Assembly (NCBI GenBank): GCA_944372465.1
Contig: CALVZG010000038.1
Location: 1 to 40,568, forward strand
Direction: 5' to 3'
Length of the DNA stretch: 40,568 nt
From: an uncultured Clostridia bacterium
GTDB lineage: Bacteria > Bacillota > Clostridia > Christensenellales > UBA1242
Positions 1-8,572 of the stretch are shown piece by piece. Position numbers and translations under genes: made by a program. The notes under the pieces were generated by a model. It worked only from the letters and a program-made list of their open reading frames with translations. It did no database searches and was not told the origin of the DNA. Each line of letters begins with the position of its first letter. Position 1 is the first letter of the stretch.

Positions 1-2
1 TA

Positions 3-278
3 AATCCTGCCGAAGAAATATATAGTCGTCCAAATGATAATAATGACGACAATAATGATAACAATAATAGCGATAACGGAACGGTAATTTATAATAAAGA
101 AATCGAAATTTCAGACGAAGAAAATAAAAAATTGCCGTTTGAGTTCAAACGACAATTGTTTGGCGGGAAGAGAGGGATTCGAACCCTCGCGCCAGTTGCC
201 CGACCTACAGCCTTAGCAGGGCCGCCTCTTCGACCTCTTGAGTATCTCCCCTTATTTTATTTTCACTTCTTTACATAG
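3..278 (+). CDS. 3' end of a gene entering from the left (N/D-rich tail), frame open to TAG at 276-278
   Basis: Frame 3 reads NPAEEIYSRPNDNNDDNNDNNNSDNGTVIYNKEIEISDEENKK... with no stop until 276. The other + frames stop within 25 nt. The true end is uncertain. Confidence 0.45.
   Translation, partial: NPAEEIYSRPNDNNDDNNDNNNSDNGTVIYNKEIEISDEENKKLPFEFKRQLFGGKRGIRTLAPVARPTALAGPPLRPLEYLPLFYFHFFT
130..157 (-). terminator. Intrinsic terminator of tRNA-Ser
   Basis: Minus strand AATTGTCGTTTGA-ac-TCAAACGGCAATT followed by a T run; one pair is G.U on the minus strand only. Confidence 0.8.
161..251 (-). tRNA. tRNA-Ser(GCT), CCA encoded
   Basis: Acceptor GGGGAGA/TCTTCCC, anticodon arm CGGCC-CTGCTAA-GGCTG, long variable arm, GGTTCGAATCC T arm, 3' GCCA. 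Confidence 0.97.
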
Positions 279-413
279 ATTTTATTTATAGTTCAATCTC
301 CTTCCCTCCTGTCATTTAATTTAATTGAATTTCTTAATTAAATCTTTTTAAATTTCTAATACCACAATAGCGAGATTCATCTCTTAAACTTAAATCTACA
401 TATTTTTTGAAGT
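265..413 (-). ncRNA. Candidate structured RNA (rod-like, 6S-like architecture) in the tRNA-Ser leader
   Basis: Nested end-to-end pairings ACTTC/GAAGT, TATGTAGATTT/AAATCTATGTA, AGTTTAA/TTGAACT and apical ATTTAATT/AATTAAAT; starts just after a sigma-A promoter. Confidence 0.45.
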
Positions 414-421
414 TCTCTTTT

Positions 422-451
422 ATGATATCACAAATTTTATTATAATGTCAA
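422..451 (-). promoter_or_regulatory. Sigma-A promoter for the RNA candidate and tRNA-Ser
   Basis: TTGACA (451-446), 18 nt, TG-extended TATCAT (427-422). Confidence 0.7.
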
Positions 452-618
452 TCATTTTCTAAAAATTATATTTAAGTTGCGTTATATTATTTTTTAAACA
501 AATTTCTCCTTACTTGCATCTTTAATATTAAATATTAATTAATTAAATCAACTTTATATAATCTATTTCCACTTAATTGTATCTTTATTTGTTTTTATTT
601 AATTTTAAATAATTGGTA

Positions 619-647
619 TTGACTATCTCATTTTTTTATAATATAAT
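619..647 (+). promoter_or_regulatory. Sigma-A promoter of the AAA ATPase gene
   Basis: TTGACT-17nt-TATAAT; RBS GAAAGGAGG before ATG 698. Confidence 0.7.
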
Positions 648-697
648 GTATGTAATAAGTATTACATGTAAAAATTGTAAAGCAGAAAGGAGGCAAA

Positions 698-2272
698 ATG
701 CTTTTCGAACAAAATCTTAATGAAATAGCAATGCAATATTATTTTGTAAAAAATCCTGCTGAATTTATTGAGCTATCTTTTTATAACGAACTGCCTGATT
801 TGGAAGAGATTAACGCAATATTTAAATCTACTAAAATTTATCATGCATTGTCTTTAAATATTGAAGATGATTTTGATACATATAATAAAAAGAAAAGTTT
901 TGAAAAAAGTTTTATAGATATTTTGAATGCAGCTGGGCTTGCTATAGAAAGCATCATTTTAAGTGATTTAGATTTAATAATACAAAAATCTACAACAGGT
1001 AATGTATATAAAAATACTTATTTTTATCTTTTACATCAAGGGTATTCAGAAAAAGTTGATAATATAATGCATGCAAATGAAAACATTATTGACTTTTTAT
1101 CTTTTTCTATCTCAAATAATAAGTTAGATAGGAAATATCTTGAAAGTTTAAGAAACATTAAAAATTATTTTTATAAGATTATTAAAGATAATCAAAAAAT
1201 TTTGCAATATTTAAAACATGATTTATCAAGCATAAAAAGTTTCAATTATTCAGTTGTTAAAAATTGGATTTTACCTTATTATGACAAAGTGGCTGCCATT
1301 GCAGAAGAAGATATTTGTGAAAAAGTAGATGAACAAGTAAAAGAAAAATTAAAACCAAAAACAAAAGAACAAAAAGCTACAAAAACAAAGAATTCTAACA
1401 CAAAAAAAGTTCCTAAAGAAACAAGAAAAATTATTGCAATAGAAGATGCACTCAAAAAAAATTTTGAAGGACTTGTTGGACTTAAAGATGTAAAAGAAAT
1501 TATTTTAAGAAAAACCAAATTAATACAAAAAGTACCCGGTAAAGCTGTCGATTGTAATTTTAGAATTGTTGGAAATCCTGGTGTTGGCAAAACTACTATT
1601 GCTGAAGCAATGTCTAAAACTTTTTATGATTGTGGAATTATTAAAAATCCTGAATTTGTTGAACTTAACGGTGCGGGACTTAAAGGTAAATATGTAGGGC
1701 ACACCGTAGGTCAAGTTAAAGATATATTTAAAAAGGCAAAAGGCGGGACACTATTCCTTGATGAAGTTTACAGTTTAATATCCCCTGACGGAAGCGAAGA
1801 TTCTTTTACTCAAGAGGCAATTACTCAACTTATGATTGAAGTAGAAAATCTCTATAAAGAGCAGCAAAAAGACCCTTCTAATAAGACTTTGGTTATAATG
1901 GCAGGATATAAAGATAAATTAGATATGTTATTAGATAAAAACATCGGTTTTAAACGCAGATTTTCAAATATTATAGATATCAAAGATTATACCCTTGAAG
2001 AACTTGAAGAAATTTTTAATCTAATGATGAAAAAAGATGGTTTTTCATTAGATGAAGAAGCAAGAAAAAAATTGCTTGAAATACTTGAGCAAAATAGAAA
2101 GAAGAAAAACTTCTCTAACGCTGGATATGTAAGAGTTTTATTGCAAAAAGCAGAAGAATATCAAGCTGGAAGGACAGATGTTGGAAATCTTACAATCAGC
2201 GAAGAAGACCTCGCCGCATCAAGCAAAGAACTTGATGACAGCCCAGAACAAAGACGAATTGGATTTCAATAA
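698..2272 (+). CDS. AAA+ ATPase, SpoVK/CbbX-like C-terminal module with unknown N-terminal domain
   Basis: LVGLKDVK, Walker A GNPGVGKT, KYVGHT, Walker B LFLDEVY, MAGY, Arg finger KRRF, FSNAGYVR, C-terminal RRIGF. Confidence 0.85.
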   Translation: MLFEQNLNEIAMQYYFVKNPAEFIELSFYNELPDLEEINAIFKSTKIYHALSLNIEDDFDTYNKKKSFEKSFIDILNAAGLAIESIILSDLDLIIQKSTTGNVYKNTYFYLLHQGYSEKVDNIMHANENIIDFLSFSISNNKLDRKYLESLRNIKNYFYKIIKDNQKILQYLKHDLSSIKSFNYSVVKNWILPYYDKVAAIAEEDICEKVDEQVKEKLKPKTKEQKATKTKNSNTKKVPKETRKIIAIEDALKKNFEGLVGLKDVKEIILRKTKLIQKVPGKAVDCNFRIVGNPGVGKTTIAEAMSKTFYDCGIIKNPEFVELNGAGLKGKYVGHTVGQVKDIFKKAKGGTLFLDEVYSLISPDGSEDSFTQEAITQLMIEVENLYKEQQKDPSNKTLVIMAGYKDKLDMLLDKNIGFKRRFSNIIDIKDYTLEELEEIFNLMMKKDGFSLDEEARKKLLEILEQNRKKKNFSNAGYVRVLLQKAEEYQAGRTDVGNLTISEEDLAASSKELDDSPEQRRIGFQ

Positions 2273-2273
2273 T

Positions 2274-2300
2274 AAAAAAGGCTAAATAAGCCTTTTTTTT
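2274..2300 (+). terminator. Intrinsic terminator
   Basis: AAAAAAGGCT-aaat-AAGCCTTTTTTTT. Confidence 0.8.
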
Positions 2301-2375
2301 ATTGAATTAATTGACTAATTCTTTTACATTCGTTAAAATAATACTACTATATTTAAATTAAAAAAAGGACAAAAA

Positions 2376-2960
2376 ATGGATAAAAAAATAAAAAAAAATG
2401 AAGACAAGGATATATTATTTATAAATACAACTAAATTAACTGAAGAAGAAGTTACAAATCTTCAACTTTTTACGCTGAAAAAATATAATCTCTTAATATC
2501 TATTATGATTGCAGTATTTTTTGGAGGAATTGGTATTGGGCTTTGTTTTGTTAATACATATGTGGGAGTTGCTATTTTACTTGCAGGTATAATAGGAGGA
2601 TTATTTCTTTTCCCTTATGTTACAAAAGAACAAATTAAAAGACAAAATAATCAAATTTTTGCAAATCAAGATTATATCAATTCATTTGAATTTTATAATG
2701 ACTATATCAACATAAAAAATATAGACAAAAATAATGAAAAAGAAATAAGTCAAAATTTTAACTATAGTGGTCTTTACAAAGTGGTTGAATTTTCGCAATT
2801 TGTTTATATCTTTATAAACAAAAATCAAAGTTTTATACTTGATAAAAAAGGAATGACAAAGGGCACTATAGGTGAAGTTATAGAATTATTAAAAGAAAAT
2901 GGCTTAAAATACCAAGATAAAAGATATCTTGGCGATTATAAAGATAAAAAGAGAAAATAA
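2376..2960 (+). CDS. YcxB-like membrane protein
   Basis: Two N-terminal TM helices, then the YcxB-like pattern YSGLYKVVE..FVYIFINKNQSFIL; promoter TTGACT-17-TAAAAT at 2311-2339. Confidence 0.7.
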   Translation: MDKKIKKNEDKDILFINTTKLTEEEVTNLQLFTLKKYNLLISIMIAVFFGGIGIGLCFVNTYVGVAILLAGIIGGLFLFPYVTKEQIKRQNNQIFANQDYINSFEFYNDYINIKNIDKNNEKEISQNFNYSGLYKVVEFSQFVYIFINKNQSFILDKKGMTKGTIGEVIELLKENGLKYQDKRYLGDYKDKKRK

Positions 2961-2963
2961 TAT

Positions 2964-3004
2964 AAAAACCTAGTTTGACAATTTTATATTAAAACTAGGT
3001 TTTT
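2964..3004. terminator. Bidirectional terminator
   Basis: AAAAACCTAGTTT...AAAACTAGGTTTTT between convergent genes. Confidence 0.75.
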
Positions 3005-3126
3005 ATTTTTTAAATGAATTTTGTTTTTATTTAATTATTATTTAGGTAATAAGATTTAATTAAAATCTTAACAAATAGATATCTTTAATATTAATTATTT
3101 TTTATAACATGTATAAAATTTATGTT

Positions 3127-3723
3127 TTAAATATATAAATCTTCTGGAAGTTTTAATTCACAGTAACCTTGTTTTGCACTGCATAAAGGACATTCTTCCC
3201 ATGCCTCTTTATCAAAACTTACATAGCCACATGCTGGGCAAATCCATGCAACTTTTTGTGCCTTTTTATAGAGTTTTTTATCTTTCATTTGAGTATAAAG
3301 TTCTTCAAAAACTTTTGCATGTCTAACCTCAACATCATGTATCATTTTGAAAATGTCTGCAATTTCATCAAATCCTTCTTCTCTTGCAGTTTTTTCGAAT
3401 ACAACATATGCTTTTGCTTCATCTAACTCATCTTGACAAAGAAGTTGAAGATTTGTTAAGAGATCCCATTTTTCTTTAAAAGGAAATCCAGCAGAAACAT
3501 CAATATTATCAACCATTTCCATTTCTGCATCTTGTAATTTCATATAAATTACTCTAGCATGATTAAATTCTTGATAAGCAATTTTGTCTATCAATGTAGC
3601 AATAGCCTCATATCCATTGTAACGAAAACCATATTCACAAAATTCATATCTTGTTCTTGCTGCACATTCAGCCATATATGCTCTAGCAAGATTTGAAAAA
3701 GTTTTACTTTCTTTTAGTTTCAT
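3127..3723 (-). CDS. rbr: Rubrerythrin family protein
   Basis: Diiron motifs (AECAARTRY, EFNHA, ELDE, EVRHA) plus rubredoxin-like CPACGY...CPLC; start moved to MKLKESK after a GGAGAGGGGG RBS. Confidence 0.9.
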   Translation of the reverse strand: MKLKESKTFSNLARAYMAECAARTRYEFCEYGFRYNGYEAIATLIDKIAYQEFNHARVIYMKLQDAEMEMVDNIDVSAGFPFKEKWDLLTNLQLLCQDELDEAKAYVVFEKTAREEGFDEIADIFKMIHDVEVRHAKVFEELYTQMKDKKLYKKAQKVAWICPACGYVSFDKEAWEECPLCSAKQGYCELKLPEDLYI

Positions 3724-3816
3724 AATATCCCCCTCTCCATTATTATCTACACTAAAAAGAAATTTATTCATACAAATCAAAAAACATAAAAATATCATTA
3801 GTAAACTATAATTATC

Positions 3817-4458
3817 TTAAAACATTTTGATTTTATCTTTATCTTCTTTTATATCATTTTCTAATTTTTCTTCAATTTGTGTTTCTGTTAAATTATATTC
3901 TTTTATAAACTCTCCTATTTTTGACCAACAATTTAAAACGGTAAATTTCATATCAGTTTTCTTTAGTTTAAAATAATCTTTATTTTTTAAACAACCATCA
4001 AATAATATTGACTTTATACCTATTTTTTCTAAAGTCATACAATTATCAACTAAATCATCTATAAAAAAATCCAATTTGTTTTCATAAGCATAATGTGCCT
4101 TATTGTTACATGCCATTATTAACTTATCACAATGAACTTTATTGTTTATCAACCACTCAACAGTGGCGGAGGTTATAAAATTAATGTTAGGACGACTTGA
4201 AATAAAATATATTTTGTAACCTGCTTCATGTAATGAATTTATAGTTTGAATTGCGTAAGGATAGGCAGTATAAAAAGATGGATTTAAAATTTTATTTATT
4301 TTTTTAATAAAAGGACTAATTTCTTTAATGTTGTTTATATCTATCTCAATAAAAGTTTTATCATTTTTATTAATGAATTGAAATTTATTTAGTAAATCAT
4401 ATAATAAAGATTCACAGTTAAAAAGTGTTTTATCTAAATCAATACCTATTTTTTTCAT
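3817..4458 (-). CDS. HAD-superfamily hydrolase, 5'(3')-nucleotidase-like
   Basis: Motif I IGIDLDKTL, motif II ISSR, motif III K, motif IV FIDD. Confidence 0.75.
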   Translation of the reverse strand: MKKIGIDLDKTLFNCESLLYDLLNKFQFINKNDKTFIEIDINNIKEISPFIKKINKILNPSFYTAYPYAIQTINSLHEAGYKIYFISSRPNINFITSATVEWLINNKVHCDKLIMACNNKAHYAYENKLDFFIDDLVDNCMTLEKIGIKSILFDGCLKNKDYFKLKKTDMKFTVLNCWSKIGEFIKEYNLTETQIEEKLENDIKEDKDKIKMF

Positions 4459-4602
4459 TCCCCCCTCACTTAAAATATTTAATATTATACAACAAATTAT
4501 ACAATATGAAAAGATTATTAGTATAATATTTAAAAATATTTTATTATTTATACAATTTAACTATTGAAAATAACTTTCAACTTTGTTATAATAATTTATG
4601 CA

Positions 4603-5502
4603 ATGGAAGTAAAAATTTCTCCAAATTTATATCAATTATTAAACATTATAGATGATGACTTTTACAAAAAAGTCTATAATGTAGATTTATTAAAAATCTA
4701 TTTTAATATGATTGTAAAAGAAATTTTTAAAATAAATAACATTAATTCAAATATACCTTTTAAAACTTATAGAATGAAAAATAAATTTGGAAAATACTCA
4801 AACAAAGAAAATTGTATCGGGTTTAATTATAGATATTTGGAAATTTTTGACCAGATGATGAAAAGCAAAAATATATTTTATATCTATAAAATGGTTGACA
4901 CTTTAATACATGAAATTAGACATTATATGCAATACTCATTGAATGTTCAACTTGACCCTTTTTTAAAAAACTTTATGGAATGCTTTAAACTTGCCACTTT
5001 TCAATATAGAGCAAATCATGGGGCTCAAAATATTTTAGAAATAGATGCAAGATACTACTGCTTTAATCTTTTTAACCATAATCCAAAAACATCAAAATTT
5101 GTAAACTCCAGATGGTTTAACCGTCAAGAGGAAATTAGAAAAAATAAAAATGATTTTTCGCTTTTAGATTTTATAAATAATTTAGATGAAAACTTAATTG
5201 ATAAAGATATAGAAACTCAAATATATAAGGATAGATTACTTTTAAGTTATGGCAGTTTACTTAAAAATAAAACCTTTTCATATAATCAAAATATTAACAA
5301 AAATCATAAGTTTATTTTAAAAACAAACTTTTCTGAAAGCGAAGAAATTTATCACGCTATTGCTCCGCAATTTTGTGAATCTTATCTTTATAGCAAAATA
5401 AAAAAAGAAAATGAAACGAAAATTATAAGGCAAGTACAAGAATTTACAAAAATTTTTAGACAAAAAGATAATAATGGTTTTAATGAATCAGAAAAATTTT
5501 GA
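4603..5502 (+). CDS. Hypothetical zinc metallopeptidase-like protein (HExxH)
   Basis: TLIHEIRHYMQY and downstream EIDAR; the TTG at 4564 is the -35 box, so start moved to ATG 4603. Confidence 0.6.
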   Translation: MEVKISPNLYQLLNIIDDDFYKKVYNVDLLKIYFNMIVKEIFKINNINSNIPFKTYRMKNKFGKYSNKENCIGFNYRYLEIFDQMMKSKNIFYIYKMVDTLIHEIRHYMQYSLNVQLDPFLKNFMECFKLATFQYRANHGAQNILEIDARYYCFNLFNHNPKTSKFVNSRWFNRQEEIRKNKNDFSLLDFINNLDENLIDKDIETQIYKDRLLLSYGSLLKNKTFSYNQNINKNHKFILKTNFSESEEIYHAIAPQFCESYLYSKIKKENETKIIRQVQEFTKIFRQKDNNGFNESEKF

Positions 5503-5531
5503 TTTAATTTAGGCTAGCAGATACTTAAAAA

Positions 5532-6293
5532 ATGATAAAACATATGAAAAATAAAAAAACACTAAAGAAAGAAAACGGAAAAGTAAGATATATTTTTAAC
5601 GAAATAAAATACGCTATTATACCATTTCTAATTTTTGTTGTCGTTTTGCTAATCTCATATTTTGGCAATCAACTTATTTATACTATATTTGATTTGCACG
5701 GGAGTTACTACCCTAAAATTGATTTAGATGATAAAATACCATTGATTTCTTGGTTTGTATATTTTTATTATTTAACCTTTCCTTTGGGTATAATAACTTT
5801 TTTCTATCTTGCATTTAAGGACAAAAAACTGCTATATACTGTTTTCTTAACTCTATGTATTAGTTTTGCAATATCTGGAATTATTTATTTATTTGCTCAA
5901 ACAGAATTTGTAAAGCCAGATTTTACTCCTGTAACTTTTACAGATAAACTTGTAGTTTGGACTTGGGGCTCTGTAAATCCAATAAATTGTTTCCCTTCAC
6001 AACACTGTTTTATGGCATTTGCAGTTATGATTGCTTGTTTTACTTGTAAAAAAATGAATGTTTTCTTCAGAATTATAGCAAGTGGCTTGTCTGTAATGAT
6101 TATTTTATCAACTGTTTTTATAAGACAACATTATTTATTAGATATTATAGCATCGTTTGACATTATGCTTTCAGTATTCGCTTTCATTTATGTCTTTAAA
6201 TTAGGTAATAAACTTGCAGAAAGACAAGAAAATAAACGAAAAGAAAAAATATTAAAGAAAATCATGAATGATTTAAATAAAAAAAATAATTAA
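5532..6293 (+). CDS. PAP2-family membrane phosphatase/phosphotransferase
   Basis: Multi-TM with NCFPSQH and STVFIRQHYLLD motifs. Confidence 0.85.
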   Translation: MIKHMKNKKTLKKENGKVRYIFNEIKYAIIPFLIFVVVLLISYFGNQLIYTIFDLHGSYYPKIDLDDKIPLISWFVYFYYLTFPLGIITFFYLAFKDKKLLYTVFLTLCISFAISGIIYLFAQTEFVKPDFTPVTFTDKLVVWTWGSVNPINCFPSQHCFMAFAVMIACFTCKKMNVFFRIIASGLSVMIILSTVFIRQHYLLDIIASFDIMLSVFAFIYVFKLGNKLAERQENKRKEKILKKIMNDLNKKNN

Positions 6294-6320
6294 GAAATCT
6301 TGCCTAAATCAAGATTTTTT
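6292..6320 (+). terminator. Intrinsic terminator
   Basis: AAATCTTG-cctaaat-CAAGATTTTTT. Confidence 0.7.
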
Positions 6321-6490
6321 ATTTTCATAATTTTCAATTATTGTTTTTAAGGTTTATTAATAAATAATTTTTAACTATAATATTTCAAAAATATAATTTT
6401 AAAATTAATAACTATTAATTTTTAAAAACCTATTTGATTTTTATAAGAAATGAATTATAATATATACGAATTTATTTAATAAGGTAAAAA

Positions 6491-8350
6491 ATGGAAAAAT
6501 TTGATGCAATAGTTATAGGCGCAGGTCATGCGGGTTGTGAAGCAGCCCTTGCTCTCGCTAGAACAGGAAATAGAACTCTTTTACTTACACTCTCACTTGA
6601 TGCAGTGGCTTTTTTGGCGTGCAACCCTTCTATTGGTGGTACTGCAAAAGGACAACTCGTTTGTGAAATTGATGCTCTTGGTGGAGAAATGGGTGTCAAT
6701 ACCGATAAGACTTTAATACAACTTAGAATGCTAAATAGTGGAAAAGGCCCAGCAGTGCAAAGTTTAAGGGCTCAAGCAGATAAAATTGAATATCATAACC
6801 AAATGAAATTAACAATAGAAAAAACTGCTAATCTCTTTTTAAAACAAGCAGAAGTAATAGATATTGAAGAAACAACTGATAATGAAAAAATTGTTACCAC
6901 TGCAGTTGGAAGCAAATTCATTGCAAAGGTATTAGTATTTGCGACCGGCGTGTATTTAAAAAGTCGTATTATAATTGGTGATTATACAAAAGACTGTGGA
7001 CCAAACGGCTTTTCAAATGCACAAAAACTTTCAGACAGTTTGAAAAAGTTAGGAATTAAACTCTTGCGTTTTAAAACAGGAACTCCTGCTCGTATAAACG
7101 GAAGAAGCATTGATTATTCTCAACTTGAAGTTCAAAAAGGTGAAGAAAATATACAAAATTTTTCTTTTATGACCAAGCATAAGGTTAAAAATAAGGCAGT
7201 TTGTTATCTTACTTACACAAATCTTGAAACGCATAAAATTATTAAAGATAATTTAGATAAAGCACCTGTCTTTTCAGGACTTATTAAAGGGATAGGCCCT
7301 CGTTACTGCCCGTCAATAGAAACTAAAATTGTAAGATTTGCTGATAAAGAACGACATCAACTTTTCCTTGAACCTGAATCTCTTTCAACTCAAGAAGTTT
7401 ATATTCAAGGTTTTTCAACTTCTATGCCTGTTGATATTCAAGAAAAAATGATTCATTCAGTCAAAGGGCTTGAAAATGCTGAAATTATGCGTGATAGTTA
7501 TGCCATTGAATACGATTGCATAGAGCCTACACAACTTTTGCCTACTCTAGAACTTAAAGGTCATCATGGACTTTTCTTCGCAGGACAAATAAATGGTACT
7601 TCAGGCTATGAGGAGGCAGCAGCACAAGGCATAATTGCCGGGATTAATGCCAACCTCTACCTAAAAAATCAAGAACAACTTGTTTTTAAAAGAAGTGATG
7701 GTTATATTGGTGTGCTAATTGATGATATTGTTACGAAAGGTACAAATGAACCTTATAGAATGATGACAAGTCGTGCAGAATATAGATTGTTTTTAAGACA
7801 GGATAATGCAGATTTAAGACTTACAGAAATTGGTAGAAAAGTTGGTCTAGTTGATGACAAAAGATGGAAAATCTTTTTAAAGAAGAAAAAAGACCTTGAA
7901 AAAATATTTGAAATTATAAAAACTAAATTAAAAGTTGAAGAAATTAAAGATTTCTTTATAGAAAATGGAGAAAATACTCCAAAAGAAAGTATGTCTATTA
8001 AGGATATGCTGAAACGAAGCAATATTGATGCATTTAAAATTAACAAAAAATTTCATGTTTTTGATAATTTTTCTTATGAAATAATTAACGAAATGAATAT
8101 AAGCGTCAAATATGAGGGTTATTTAAAACAACAATTAGAAGAAATTGCAAAATTTAAAAAAAATGAGGACACATTAATTCCTAAAAATTTTGATTACAAA
8201 AAATATCATGGGCTTAGACTTGAGGCAATGGAAAAATTACAAGCAATTCGTCCATTAAGTATAGGGCAAGCCTCTAGAATTTCAGGCGTTTCACCATCAG
8301 ATATTGCAGTACTTTCAGTGTTGGTCAAAAAATTTAAACAAGAAAATTAA
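6491..8350 (+). CDS. mnmG: tRNA uridine 5-carboxymethylaminomethyl modification enzyme MnmG (GidA)
   Basis: GAGHAGCEAA, CNPSIGG, RFKTGTP, GPRYCPSIE, GQINGTSGYEEAAAQG, YRMMTSRAEYRL. Confidence 0.98.
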   Translation: MEKFDAIVIGAGHAGCEAALALARTGNRTLLLTLSLDAVAFLACNPSIGGTAKGQLVCEIDALGGEMGVNTDKTLIQLRMLNSGKGPAVQSLRAQADKIEYHNQMKLTIEKTANLFLKQAEVIDIEETTDNEKIVTTAVGSKFIAKVLVFATGVYLKSRIIIGDYTKDCGPNGFSNAQKLSDSLKKLGIKLLRFKTGTPARINGRSIDYSQLEVQKGEENIQNFSFMTKHKVKNKAVCYLTYTNLETHKIIKDNLDKAPVFSGLIKGIGPRYCPSIETKIVRFADKERHQLFLEPESLSTQEVYIQGFSTSMPVDIQEKMIHSVKGLENAEIMRDSYAIEYDCIEPTQLLPTLELKGHHGLFFAGQINGTSGYEEAAAQGIIAGINANLYLKNQEQLVFKRSDGYIGVLIDDIVTKGTNEPYRMMTSRAEYRLFLRQDNADLRLTEIGRKVGLVDDKRWKIFLKKKKDLEKIFEIIKTKLKVEEIKDFFIENGENTPKESMSIKDMLKRSNIDAFKINKKFHVFDNFSYEIINEMNISVKYEGYLKQQLEEIAKFKKNEDTLIPKNFDYKKYHGLRLEAMEKLQAIRPLSIGQASRISGVSPSDIAVLSVLVKKFKQEN

Positions 8351-8500
8351 AGATAAATATTTTTTAAAAATATAAGATTTAAAGCAAAACTTAAAAGCAA
8401 ATTAAAACATAAAGTTTCGTGATAAAACTTATTAATTACTAGCACTTTTAAAATAATATATCATTAAAAAATAATAAAAATTAACAAACGATAAATTTGG

Positions 8501-8535
8501 AAAACTATTATGAATTTAACAATAATAGTTTTTTT
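8501..8535. terminator. Terminator between convergent genes
   Basis: AAAACTATT...AATAGTTTTTTT. Confidence 0.55.
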
Positions 8536-8572
8536 ATTAAAAATAAACTAGCAGAAAAAATGCTAGTCTAAA

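Noticed and set aside
265-413. T-box or SRP RNA upstream of tRNA-Ser
   Set aside because: No T-box TGGNACCGCG motif and no SRP GGAA-tetraloop hairpin
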